A stretch of DNA of 62,157 nt, the filler included. It is 11 parts of 11 records of this genome, joined end to end, with 100 filler letters (N's around TTAATTAATTAA, not from the genome) between each part and the next. Parts side by side here need not be neighbours in the genome. Positions count along the whole stretch, not along the records: positions 20,909 to 26,166 come from SRR7504441_8867; positions 26,267 to 33,779 come from SRR7504441_8868; positions 33,880 to 38,341 come from SRR7504441_8874; 8 more parts are not named here. One strand, given 5' to 3'. Made by a program: the position numbers and the translations under genes. Within the stretch, counting starts at the first letter, position 1; each line of letters begins with the position of its first letter. The notes under the pieces are model-generated. The model was not told the DNA's origin. It was given only the letters and a program-made list of their open reading frames with translations, and did not search any database. Of this stretch, positions 22,042 to 34,092 are shown piece after piece.

Positions 22042-22201
22042 TGGAGATCTACAACATTAACATTATACGCATTGCAATCGGTATCTAACGTTACCGGTAC
22101 ATACAATCATGTAGTACCGGTACATGTAATACCACTGAACTTACTTAGTACATGTCATACTTAGAATTCGAAAACCTCAAGTTGGTCCTTGACAGTGTGT
22201 T

Positions 22202-25200
22202 TTAATGCTGAATGATGTCGGTCCTTAGTATGTTTAGGCTGGTCCTTAGATTTACAACACGAGGCGACATCGTTTCCCCCGCAAGATCACCGTCGCCATC
22301 TAGGTCCACGAGTGGGCTTCCGTCTTTCAAGAGGGGGATCATGTGTACCATTGTGGCGTCCTTTGTTCCTGGGAACTCAACCGGGTTCTCCTCACAGTGC
22401 AGCGTCAACTGCGTAATTATCATTACGTGTTACAAATGCGGCCAGTACCTCTGTGCCATTGTGAAGCACTCCTTTCTCGATGTAACGCTGGTAAACCAAA
22501 CCGCATAAGCTTAACAGTAACAGCGGCACCCACCTGGGATTTCTGCTGTTTTATTGCCTCATCATGTGGCGAGATGTCTCTGCAACCATTGTTTCAAATC
22601 ATTCCCAGCTCAGGCAATCAGTGAACCGTTCTACTGCGTTGGTAGACAGCATCTTGTTGTGATTGAATCCGATAAAATCTTGAACGGATCCGCCGTAAAG
22701 CGACGCAAACATTGTGTTACAATACAGTATTTGGTTGTCACCATTTCGACAATACACAGGAATTGGCATTTCATCAATCATCTTGGCTGGCAGCATCAGG
22801 TCGTGTGCGAGGCCTGTCTCAGAGCTGAGTGTAATTGCTTGTGATGGCTGGATCCCACTGTACTTCAATTCTGAAGTGACCTGCGAGCTACCACGTTAAA
22901 ACGGCTCCAGCTAGATGTTGTCCAGCACCCACCTGAGGATTAAACTTCCATCGGTCAGCAAGCAGCTTGCCACTGCTGTCCGTCAATGTCTTCAATCGCC
23001 TGATAACCACAGCAAACATTTCTTTTATGTCTTCATACGCACGCTCGTCCTCAGTTTGATAAAAGAGATCAAACCTGTACAAGGCGTCACTCTGCTAGGC
23101 ATTTGACGATCATTCACATGTCGAGCAGGACACTAATGAAGGGGTTTAGCATAAGTATGGTTGCGACTAGATTGTAGAAGACAAAGAACAGCCGAGTTGA
23201 CTCTGTTCCAGTGCATTTGACATAGCCATCGACCGTGACTTGCCTGCGCAAGCTAGTCAAGAGGGCAGGTTTGTATATTAGTAAGACCAGTTGTTTTGAA
23301 TCCTGCCGCCCGACCGTAAAAAGTCATACTGCAGAGGCCAGCACTTACATTAGCATGAACTGCGTCACCAGAGCAGCATATAGACTATCGTAGTTCAGGT
23401 CATAGTAGTAACTGGCATCGGCAAATGCTCCAGCCCATGCTGTGCCACTCCAGTCTCCCGGGCCGTCTGGAGCATCCTCAGTGACACAGCCCGCAAAAAG
23501 ACCCATCCCTGATTTCCACGCCATCAATATCAATACGGCATTCGAAGTGAGACACTACACGTACCAATAAAGGCGAATCCAAAGTACAAGAGCACAATGA
23601 CTATCACCTGCAAGGAGTCACCCAGAGATTGGCACAATGCTGGCAACCTGAGGATACACGGCAGGGATGCTGCGCACAGCAGCAGCTGCCACCCGGCGAC
23701 AGATCTTGACATGAAGTAAAAGCAGCGTGCACTTGAACACGCGCACGAGACCTGGCCAAACTGATGTCAACAGGTGGGCACTGCGCTTACCAAGCAGCGG
23801 GAGGAAATCATAGTTAACTGGATTCGGATTCGAGCAGGAATCGATTATGTCCAGATACAGAATCATCAGGAAAAGTAGATCCTGTCCCACGTCCATACGG
23901 GGTCATTGCAGCGGTTCAACTACCACACAGTTGTCGATGTTCTGCAGTGACAAAAATCTTCTGAACTTTTCATTGCCCGCACGATCGAAGCGACTCTGCC
24001 ATGTGAAGAAGAATCTCCAGGGCTGTCTCGTGGTTTGGTTGCCAAAGAAATTCAGGACGACATCGATAGTGAAGACAGCAGCAGCAAGCATGAGCCGTAT
24101 TGTGGTTGAATCATTGCACGTGCGATCCTGATATTCCTGTTCACTTAGTGGATTGTCCATGGCGATTATGGGATAAAACAGAAAGAGGAAGTTCATGGCA
24201 GCAAGAACGAATTCGTAAGAGCAGATATTCCGCAGGAACTGCTCTCTCATGAGAGGGTGATTGGTCACATTGTAGATCGCATCAGCCACGGGATCAGGCA
24301 CGGGGTGTGCTCGTTCTGGAGGCTGCGGTGCCGGGGATGTCCCACATAGTCGATTCAGGCAGTCGCTCTGCATTCGCACATATTTAAGAACGCAATGCTC
24401 GCTTTCAGCACCTCATAGGCATTCCAGGCTATTATCTCCCGAGCCCACTGGTGCCTACACCATCCGATCGTCAGCCGAATAGGCTTGACGTGGCATCACC
24501 GCGGGATCTCGCCTTCAGCCTCTTTGTTGTGACGCGTCCTGCGCTCCAAAGGTGCTTGAAATATCACATGCAATTTCGTGAATTCTTCCCAATCGACCTG
24601 ATCTAGCGGTCGCATCTATGCCAGAAGTTCTGCCTAAACAAGGGCATACCCGCTCGTCCTTCTCCTCGGCATGACTCATCCGTCGCTTTGCTTCACTGGA
24701 ACTTGGCGGCAAACGCTCTGGAGGTACTTTGGCATTCTTTGCATCCAAGAGTTGCCACCATAGCTCTTTGTGCTTTGCTGTTGGCGCGATCAGATCGGTC
24801 ACAGCATAAAACACTGTACAGCTGAAGGTTATCAGCAGACCAAACAGGGCGCGTGCCTTCCTTTGTCATTCCCTCGTCAGCCCTTAACTCCTTGAGCCGC
24901 TGTGCCCATTCGTCAGCGGTGACCTCATCGTCAAATGTATCTGGCCGCATGATCTGCTCATATGCCTGTAACACCACTCAAGCAAGTAAGTCGCGCACGT
25001 GGCGCACCGCATCGAGCAGCCACTTGCTCTGGAGATCTAAGAAACTGTTCTCATTGACCATTAGAGTAGAGTACGCAGAACATACAACCGCCAGCAGGAT
25101 ATTCAGGAAAAAGAGGTTGCCAATCATCATGAATGAGAGGAGAATCAGCATCTGATTGTCAGGTCAGCTCTCAACTCCTACCAGCACTCACTGCGAAAGG

Positions 25201-26166
25201 ATGCTCGTGATACAGTGGCATCAGAACATCAGGGTGATTTGCAGTCGTCAGAGCTACGAACAGGTTGAATATGCCGTCGCTTGTAGTTGCAAAGTACGTG
25301 CTCCTAAATGCGGCTCAGCAAATATTCGACGCAAGAGGTGATCGGACCTCTCTTCGATGGTGTATTGGTTGTCCGAATCTGCTGGCAGTGCCAGTTGGAT
25401 GAGGTAGTAATGGAAGAGAAAGACCATCACGAGGAGCGCAAAAACTCCCATCACGTGCCTGAACCGTCAGCAGTCAGAGGCATGGCACGGCTCTCGGTTG
25501 CTTTATCATGTAGAGTAGATTCATGAAGGCTCGCCGGCCCCGATACGAGAAGCTCAGCACAAAGAAGCAACGGGTGACTCGGAAATACACGTTGACCCCG
25601 CTGGTGACTTCACCATACCGTGTCGTCCTTGTGTACGTGAAGAAAGGCACGTCAAAGTAGGAGATGAACTCTGTCACAGACGAGAGGAAAAGCATAACTC
25701 CGAAGGTGAGTACCCACCAGTGCTCCACAGGCCTCACCTGCTGCCAGTATGGAATCCCTCGCTCCCGGTACTGCTCCCAGTGCAAAAGCCAGTGCTGCCT
25801 TGCCGCCCAGATGACCTGGATGCTTCGCAGGAAAAACAGCCAGAAGACGAGGATGATTGCCCAGAAGACAATCGCTGTGGCCCACACTGGTCGGTACTCC
25901 GATGGAATAAAATGATCATTGCATGGCTCCTCGAAGAAAGCTAGTAACAGCAGAATGAGGGCCAGTGCCTCACGTAGGTTCCTCCTCCACTCCAGGTGTA
26001 TGGACACGCCCTGCTGGAGTCCCCATAGTGACTGATCCCATAGACTGGCCAGCCTCTGCGTGCCGTCGGGCGCGCAGTGGCTAGTATAGTAGTACGTTCC
26101 AAACTTGGTGCAGGCGTCGCGCACCAGGATTTGGGCCCGCAGCAGCTGCCTCGCGTCCATCAAGCC
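22202..26166 (-). CDS. Two-pore channel (TPC)-like ion channel with C-terminal PAS domain; 5'-truncated, many introns
   Basis: LLLLAFFEEP; TTANHPDVLMPLY; IGNLFFLNILLAVVCSAY; DLNYDSLYAALVTQFMLM; LFFVFYNL..ILMLNPFISVLLD; then MIDEMPIPVYCRNGDNQILYCNTMFASLYG. Confidence 0.75.
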
Positions 26167-26266
26167 NNNNNNNNNNNNNNNNNNNNNNNNNNNNNNNNNN
26201 NNNNNNNNNNTTAATTAATTAANNNNNNNNNNNNNNNNNNNNNNNNNNNNNNNNNNNNNNNNNNNN

Positions 26267-29152
26267 TCAGGGGAGGCAGCCGAGGCGTTAGTGGACAACG
26301 AGGACGAGGATGACGATGCGTTGGACCAGTCCGAGCGGCTGCAGACGCTCCCGGACCTGCTCGTCCAATCGCTCGTCCTGCCTCTGCTCAGCCGGCTGAC
26401 TCATCGGGCCGCGGCTGCCAGCTGCCGGTACCTGGCTCGGCTGGTGCGCACCGCGCCGGGATTACGCTGGCATCGGGCAGCCTGGCAGCTCGGCAGGGCG
26501 CGGGGTGCGCTCCAGGGTGAGCTCTACAACGACGGCAGCTCTAACTTTGCCGAGCTGCTGCACCATAACGACGAGCGGTGCTGGGAGGTGCTGCGTTCTC
26601 TCCTCCCAGCCCCAGATCAAGCGCGACTGATTGAGGCCGTGAAGGGTGAGTCCAAACTGCTGCAGCTGATCGGGTGGCTTGGGGCTGGACAGCAACCAAC
26701 TGCTCAGGCTGTTGCCGCACTGGTAATCAACCGTGTCAAAAAGGTTCCTGCCGCCCAGCGGCTATTGTTAAGCTTACTGTTCGACCCTGACGAATCTGCG
26801 GACCCATTTTGCGCTCGTGTGGTCGTCCAACAGCTAGCTCTTGACACTGTGGCCGGTCACTGTGGAGCACATCAGCTGCTGAGCGCACTCAACGCCCCGG
26901 GATGGGCTCATCTCCGTGGCGTGACCCGGCTACGCCAGGAGGCCCAGCGGATTCTTGATCTGATGTCAGCGCCTACACTGCCAGCAAGAGTGCTGCTGGC
27001 ATCCGGAGCGCCTACACCTACATCGGAACAACAGCGGGTGCTCATGTACGTTGACAGCATCCTCGAAGATGGCGGCATTCGTTCGGCGGCGCGTGTACTT
27101 GCCTTCGCAGGCACTGGTAAGACCACTCTCTGTCACGCGGTGTTTACCAACGTGCTCCGCCGGTCCCATCGATGCATGTACCTGGCATTCAACAAAAAGG
27201 CCGAGATGGAGTTCGGCGAACGAGTGTTGGCGAGCTTTAAAACCGAGGCGAGTCCGAAAACCAGGAGAGCACTAATATCTGAAGCGTGTAAGAGCATCAA
27301 GACCATCGACGCTCTAATATTGGACTTGGCAACTCGGTTCTTGCAAGCTCCAATGCAGATAGAGGTGAATCAGGACAGCCTTGAGTCTCAAGTTTTAGCT
27401 CATGTGATACTAAAAGAAGTGGGGGGCGAAGCCAGTCTGGTATCTGGCGAGGCCTCACCGGATCAGAAGAAGGACGCCAAGCTCGTATTGCAGTTGCTGG
27501 GGCGCTGGCTGCGCACAGCAAGTGTGAACCCTGATGAGATCAGCCTGAATAAATCATGGCTTGAGTGGCGAATGAAGCAGGGTAAACGGAAAAAGAAACA
27601 AAAATCGCGGCGTCAGTGGCTGGCTCCAGAACAATACTTCAGGCATGCTATTCAAGTTTTCAGGCTGATGAAATCTGGCACAATCGCCCACACCCATGAA
27701 GCAGTTTGCAAGCGCGCATGGCAGGAGCTGCAAGCTGCCACTGAAGAGCAGCTCGACCTATTGAGTGAGGCTGTGCCGATGAATGGAGTGCTTATTCTAG
27801 ATGAGGCCCAGGACACCAACTTGTGTCAGCTCAGCCTTATATTGCGCCTACTCAAGATCAGCGTGGTGCGGCTGGTGCTTATCGTCGGCGACCCAAACCA
27901 AAGGATCTATAGCTTCCGGGGCGCCTTCCAGGACAACATGGATGCGGCAGAAATCAAGGATCTCAGTGGGTGTGCACCCCAAACATTCTACCTATCCAAC
28001 TCATTCCGATTTGGTCGTACTATAGCCGAATGTGCCACTGTCGTGCTGCGTGATGCGCTTCATGAGCCTCACCCTGTTCAAGGATTAAACGGTGAAGGCA
28101 GCGTTCGTTATCTCGGGCCAAGAACGCTTCCATCACGCGAAGTCGGAAAGTACACGGTGGTCTGCAGTTCAAACGCCGGATGTGTCAGAGCATGCATTCA
28201 AGTGTCCATGCAGCAGCACGTGGAGGGCAATCGACTCCTTGTGTGCTGGAGATCCAGCAGCAGCTCGGGCCAAGAGAAACAGAAGCGCCCACCGTTTCTG
28301 TTCACCCTTGAGAAACTGGCGAAGCTTAAGCTGCAAGGCCGTCCATTTACTTGGAGCCATCGTAAGCACACCAACTGGCTAGAATTCCTGGAGATAGTGG
28401 ACGATGAGGAGGAGGAGACTGCCGAGATTTTTAAGCACATTGATTTAGTGGAGCAGCTTGTGGCCAAGTACAACGAAGAGGCGCTCGAACTCTTGGCGAG
28501 CATCGACGATCAACCAAGAGGCGTGCTGGTACCTAATGAGGCTGATGCAGATGTGATCATAACCACTACGCACATGGCCAAAGGCGCAGAGTGGACAAAC
28601 GTGCTGATGTGGGACGATTTCTCCCCCATCAAGCTTGACCGAGATCGGTCAGGAAACGAGATGGTTCTATGTAAGGAAGGCAAGAAAGCCGATTATGACC
28701 ATGGACTGTATGTGGCCTGCACCAGGGCTAAGTCCAACTTGTTCCTCAACCCGCAGCTATACCATTTTGTGCTGCATCGTGTCTCAGTAGACGATGTTCG
28801 AATCAAGCTGCGATATTGGCAGCCAGACATTGACGAGGCTGGCTTACCAACAAACCGGCCTTGGTGCCTCAAGTGCGACCGTTCCGCCCTGGGAGACAGG
28901 GATGGAGTCGAGGAGCAACCCCAGCCGCGCTTCTGGCTGGCGCCATGCAGGAACGAATACAGCAACGCCTTGCCATTCTTTGGACAAGGCGCAGGAAGCT
29001 GTCCCTGTGGGCGAGTGACCTGCGTCTCAGAGATAGCGTCCCAAGACTTGCCTCAAGGCACACACTCGTTCACGTGCCTATGCGATAGTTGCGCACGCGA
29101 CTACCCTGAATTTTATGCTCTCATGATGGGGTTGAGCAAGCGTGGAACTTGA
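26267..29152 (+). CDS. FBH1: F-box DNA helicase (UvrD/SF1), FBH1-like; 5'-truncated
   Basis: F-box LQTLPDLLVQSLVLPLL...SCRYL; AFAGTGKTT; YLAFNK; ILDEAQD; VGDPNQRIYSFRGA; LSNSFRFG; TTHMAKGAEW..V...DDF; LYVACTRAK. Confidence 0.85.
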   Translation, partial: SGEAAEALVDNEDEDDDALDQSERLQTLPDLLVQSLVLPLLSRLTHRAAAASCRYLARLVRTAPGLRWHRAAWQLGRARGALQGELYNDGSSNFAELLHHNDERCWEVLRSLLPAPDQARLIEAVKGESKLLQLIGWLGAGQQPTAQAVAALVINRVKKVPAAQRLLLSLLFDPDESADPFCARVVVQQLALDTVAGHCGAHQLLSALNAPGWAHLRGVTRLRQEAQRILDLMSAPTLPARVLLASGAPTPTSEQQRVLMYVDSILEDGGIRSAARVLAFAGTGKTTLCHAVFTNVLRRSHRCMYLAFNKKAEMEFGERVLASFKTEASPKTRRALISEACKSIKTIDALILDLATRFLQAPMQIEVNQDSLESQVLAHVILKEVGGEASLVSGEASPDQKKDAKLVLQLLGRWLRTASVNPDEISLNKSWLEWRMKQGKRKKKQKSRRQWLAPEQYFRHAIQVFRLMKSGTIAHTHEAVCKRAWQELQAATEEQLDLLSEAVPMNGVLILDEAQDTNLCQLSLILRLLKISVVRLVLIVGDPNQRIYSFRGAFQDNMDAAEIKDLSGCAPQTFYLSNSFRFGRTIAECATVVLRDALHEPHPVQGLNGEGSVRYLGPRTLPSREVGKYTVVCSSNAGCVRACIQVSMQQHVEGNRLLVCWRSSSSSGQEKQKRPPFLFTLEKLAKLKLQGRPFTWSHRKHTNWLEFLEIVDDEEEETAEIFKHIDLVEQLVAKYNEEALELLASIDDQPRGVLVPNEADADVIITTTHMAKGAEWTNVLMWDDFSPIKLDRDRSGNEMVLCKEGKKADYDHGLYVACTRAKSNLFLNPQLYHFVLHRVSVDDVRIKLRYWQPDIDEAGLPTNRPWCLKCDRSALGDRDGVEEQPQPRFWLAPCRNEYSNALPFFGQGAGSCPCGRVTCVSEIASQDLPQGTHSFTCLCDSCARDYPEFYALMMGLSKRGT

Positions 29153-29381
29153 ACGCGTATTGAACGCGGGCACTTTCTAGCACTTTCTATTATTTCTTGA
29201 AACCGTCATAACGTATATACGTACTTGTGTGGTATAAATCTGTGGCCCGCCAATCATTACAGTATGCATTCGAGTGCTAGCTAGCCCTGGGCACCGCAGC
29301 GCCATGGCCTTTATTCCCTTTATTGTCACCTTCATGCTACAACGGCCAAGCGCGGGAGAGGGGCGGCGGTTGATCTCGTTG

Positions 29382-29843
29382 ATGGCGCTGGACCTGTCGA
29401 AGGCGAAAGTGCGCGGGCGCGGCAAGCAGAGTACAAATGCAAAGTGGCAAGGTGTAGGACTATACCCGCAGCACTGGGGCCCACCCCCCCGCATGCAGCT
29501 TCAGACCCGCGACCTCTGCAGCCTCCCCGGCGGCTACGGTCGCGGCAGCTCTACGCTCGCTGGCTGGATCCAGAGCAAAATAGACCACGACGAGGCGATG
29601 GCGGCGGCGCGTCCTAAGACGGTCCCGGAGCTGATCAGCGCCAACCTGTTTGCGCTGATTGACTTGGACGGCGACGGCCAAATCTCCCGGGCCGAATTCT
29701 ACAGCAGCATGACGGGCAATCAGCAGCTCCGAGAGCTGCTCGTGGAGCAGGGCTCGGGCTGGACGGAGGTGCTGGCCCGGATTGACGCCAACGGTGGCTG
29801 GATCAGCTTAAACGAGTTCACCGCCGCGGTCTTAGGCCAATAG
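29382..29843 (+). CDS. Small EF-hand protein with an N-terminal compact PxHWG...GGYG motif
   Basis: IDLDGDGQISRAEF and degenerate IDANGGWISLNEF; start codon uncertain. Confidence 0.7.
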   Translation: MALDLSKAKVRGRGKQSTNAKWQGVGLYPQHWGPPPRMQLQTRDLCSLPGGYGRGSSTLAGWIQSKIDHDEAMAAARPKTVPELISANLFALIDLDGDGQISRAEFYSSMTGNQQLRELLVEQGSGWTEVLARIDANGGWISLNEFTAAVLGQ

Positions 29844-30306
29844 GGCGACCTGCCTGATTTGCGCATTTGTAAGGTGCGGTATGAGACCAAGTTGAACGAG
29901 TGGCGAGAGAGCATTGCAGCAGTCGGGGCGGTACCGCGGCACCGATCTTCAACCAATAGCTCTTGGTCTCGAAACATGGATCACCCGTAGCATCGTCATT
30001 CAGATATTATTCATATTAACCACGGCCTACCGTACACTACCACGACGACACACTATGTCATCTCATCGTCCGATCGTCGTCATCGCCGCATGAGTCAACT
30101 TGAGTTACGCGGTACAGTATGTATGTGATAATAATTATAGATTGATCTGATATCAGTTAGGTTATGTGAGCCCTAGGGCCCCTACTTTCTAATAAATGTA
30201 CTTGTACTTATGATTGCCGGATCTGATGTCAGTGCACTAAATGTAAACAGATAACAAGCATACTAGAAGTTTACGAGCCCTAAGAACGTGTGGCTGATTG
30301 TGGCAA

Positions 30307-32784
30307 CTAGCAAGTAGTCGGGGGCTCGCTTGGCCATTCCGTGTTCGGCTTTGCTCCCATCTCAAACCACAGGGTGCCACCGCTCCGCAACATTTCTCTT
30401 GTGACCCACCCTTGTGTGTAAGGCACACCGTTCCAACGGACAGACTGTATATAGATGTTTGCAGCAGAGACTTGTGGGGCTTGGATGTCAAGGGACTTGC
30501 CATCTATAGTCATATGCACATGCTTGAAGAGAGGGGTGCCGATGATAAAATTGCCGCGCCCGACGCAGACAGGGTAAAACCCGAGCGCGCTCATGATGTA
30601 CCAAGAACTCATTGCACCAGCATCGTCATTCCCAGGCAGCCCATTGGGCGTCGGTGTGTAGAATGTTCTCCTGAGCCGAGCCACAGTCTCCTGGGTCTTC
30701 CACGCGTATCCCTTGGCGAATGAGTACATGTAAGGTGCCTGGATATCCGGCTCATTCCCCGCATTGTAATTCGACCCGTTGAACAAGAGGTCCAGCTTGG
30801 CCACAAACTGTGCCTCGCCGCCGAGCGCTGCAATCAGCCCCGGCACGTCATGAGGCACAAACCAGGTGTACCTGCAGCCACAAGAGTCAGGCCACTTGAC
30901 TCAGCTGGCGGGACTTACTGGAAAGGTGTGGCCTCCGTCACCCAGCTCTGAGCCACAAAAGGGCCGCCAGGCTCAGTAGCCCACTCTCCTTTGGTCGTCT
31001 TGCCACGCATGGTACCTGTCCCAGGATGAAGCAACTGCCGCCAGTTCGAGGATCTGTTCTTGAGGGCCAACGAGCTGGGGGTTGAGGCATTCAAATACTC
31101 AGCCAGGGCCGAGACCACAAAATCGTCGTAGAAGTACTCCAAGCTGATCGAGAGCTGCTGATCCTTACCGGTGTCTATGTCTGTAGGAACAAAGCCGTAC
31201 TGCTGATAGGCTAGGGAGGCGCGCCTCCCCTTGCCATCGTCGGCCTCAGCGGCAGTGGGCACCTCCAGGGCATTCCGAAGGGAGAACTCGAGTGCACGGC
31301 GACCGACTGTCGCATTGAGCATCCCACCCATCACGGCGTCTGCCAGGATGGCCGCGGCATGATCTCCTACCATCTCATTCAAGTATGAGTTCCAGCACTG
31401 CAGCAACAGTCAGTCCGTCTGGCTCGGCTGGCACGGCTCACAGGAAAAACTGGCAACCACCCGCCGTCTTCGGCAGCGTCCAGGAGTGAGAGCATCATAT
31501 CTTGGTACTGCACCCGTGGGAGCACCAGGCTCAGCCAGGGCAGCTGCCCTCTGAACACGTCCCACCTGCACCGGAACCGGTGAGCCCAACCCAATGGCCG
31601 GAGGAGCACATGCTGTAATCTGTGTAATACTGCTCCCGGGCCCAGCCAAGCGGCACTGTCGGGGTCGGGTCGGTGGCTTCTGTCTGCCTGTCGAAGGCCG
31701 GGTGCCTGCCAGTGCCGGAATCTCCAAACGACCGAGGGTGCATCAAGCTGTGGTACATCGCAGTGTAGAGCACAGTGCGATCGGCCGCTGATGCCCCAGG
31801 AACCTGCACGGCCCCAAGGCTTGCGTTCCACGTCTGATGGGCCGCCGCGGCCACCCGATCGAATAACGACCCTGTAGTCGGCTCAAGCTCGATTTGCTGA
31901 TTCCTGGCTGCCGCTTCTGAAGAGGAGAAGGAATTGCAGATTGATAGCTCGACCGGCCCCGGCCCGGGCTCAATCTGGATGTAGGCGCTCACCTGCCCTC
32001 GCGCCTGGGTGGCATTCGGCTTTACACTCGGCCCGTCAATGATGCCGTGATTGACCACACTGCCTCCTCGCTGCACCGTCAGTAGCATGTGTCCAGCAAA
32101 GCCGGCCGGCTGGTTATTCTTGGCGTAGATGCGGTGAACAGGGTTGCTCGCGACTATGGTGCCTGCAGATGGATTGATGGCAACAGTGCCATTAGCGTGC
32201 AGCCCGTAGCCCTGCTCCGCCACATTCGGCTGAAAAATCACGTACCGGGCGGCTCCGGCAGGGTAGGTCAGCTTGATAACGCCGCACACACGAGTCGCAG
32301 TGGCATCGACCCGCACCCCGTACCGCCCCAGGGCCACAGAGTAGTAGTGCGGCCGGGCAACCTCGGTCGCCTTGCTGAAAGCACTCTGCCACTGCTCTGG
32401 GGTGACGCCCACCTCGCCAGGTGGGCCGGTGACGGGCATGACCGTCCCGGAGCCATAATCCTGCACGCACGACCCCGAGAGCCAATGGGTGGCCCTGACG
32501 CCGCTGATGCCCGTCACGTTCCGCTCCGCCGACTGCGAGTAGTACGGGCTCCAGCACTTTTGTTCGCTGTGGCTCGGTTCGGTCTGCGGACTGAGGAATG
32601 TGTGCGCAAATGGCACACCAGCCATCGGCGCAGTCTGCCCGAGCTGGCCAGCGTCCTCGCCGCTGCCGAAGCGAGTGTCCACTTGGGCCGGCAGGTCGTC
32701 CAGGCCGGGCGCACGCCACGCTGGTGCCTCTGATTTGGGCAGCGCGCCAGCAGCCAGATGCGCCAGCAGCACGATCGGGAGCAT
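30307..32784 (-). CDS. GH92 alpha-1,2-mannosidase-like glycosidase, secreted; 3 introns
   Basis: Signal peptide; THWLSGSCVQDYG; LYTAMYHSLMHP; SMWDVFR; LEYFYDDF; YTWFVPHD; GNEPDIQAPYMY; PGNDDAGAMSSWY. Confidence 0.93.
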
Positions 32785-33303
32785 CGCACAGCAGCACGAT
32801 CGGGAAGCCACACTTGGTGCCGGGCGTTACCGGTACCGTTAATTAAATAGTGATCTGACCAAAGTGTTTTCATATTGATTCATAGAGTCCAACAAGCTAT
32901 ACCGGACCTAGGTAGGCCCCTTCTGCGGACAGTTGGGCTGCACAACTCGAGAGAAGCACATGTGCAGTGAGCGACCATGGCCCGCTCTCTCGCTATGTTT
33001 GCCGCTCCCACTTGGGTGCGGCTCTTTCCGGTCCCGAAATCAATCTTACGAGTAGCTTGGCCCGGCGCGTGGATGGAAAGCACGACCAGAAGCAGCTGGG
33101 TATTAAGATTTATTTTGGTGATGCAACCGCACCTGGTGCGCAATCTAAGCGCTCATGCTTTGTTAAGCTTTGTACTCTACATGCCCGTCGGTGTTGCTCA
33201 TGATGCGAGCGTCCAACAAGCTCCCAGCCCCAATCAATCAGCACACCGCGTGCCGACTCGCCTCTGGACACCGGCGCACAGCCCTGCGCCAATCGGCTGG
33301 GGC

Positions 33304-33615
33304 TCATTGGGTCAGCCCGGCATCCTCGCACGGGGGCAGCTGCGACATGGAAAGCGACTTTCGCACCCGGGCCGGGGGCGCTCTATTGGACTGCTGCAGC
33401 GCCAGGAAGCGCGCCAGGTGTGGCTGGCGGCAATCGTCCGAGCAAAACACCATGTCCCCAGCAAAGAACCACTGGACGTCGGCCAGCAGCCGGGCCCGAC
33501 ACCCGACGCACCGGGTGTGCTTGCTCGACTTGTAGCCGGCCGGCGAGGCCGACGGGCTGCCCGGTTGGGGGGGCTCCGGCGACGCGACGGGCGACGGGTC
33601 GCCCGGCATGCCCAT
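33304..33615 (-). CDS. Small protein with FCS-like zinc finger (FLZ/DUF581-like)
   Basis: CVGC-x17-FCSDDCR fits the CX2CX17-19FCSX2C signature; gene ends uncertain. Confidence 0.65.
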   Translation of the reverse strand: MGMPGDPSPVASPEPPQPGSPSASPAGYKSSKHTRCVGCRARLLADVQWFFAGDMVFCSDDCRQPHLARFLALQQSNRAPPARVRKSLSMSQLPPCEDAGLTQ

Positions 33616-34092
33616 GTACGGTTCCCGCACCCTGGCCGCGGCGTGAGTGCTGGCCTGACGAGATGTGCGGTGGGTTAATACGGTGCTCGGGCGCACTCAA
33701 CGTTTTTCGAAGTCACAATCCGGCGGGAACTATACGCGCCTGTCGGCCTACTTCTGCAGTCACTCTGACAGTCCCTCTGNNNNNNNNNNNNNNNNNNNNN
33801 NNNNNNNNNNNNNNNNNNNNNNNTTAATTAATTAANNNNNNNNNNNNNNNNNNNNNNNNNNNNNNNNNNNNNNNNNNNNGCCCGTGAATAAGCGCCTATT
33901 TTCATTCTTACACAGTGGTAAATCGATTCGTTTGTGCCATCTAAAGTCGAGTTGCATGAATTTATTCAAGTCGAGTTGCCCCGAGCGCTACTCGCGTTGC
34001 TGCAAAGCCTGTCCACCGATGCGGACGGGAACGGGCCCGGTGGGAGACAGTTGCCTTGCGGCAGCCTATGAACTAGTTAGCCCAGCGACCCA

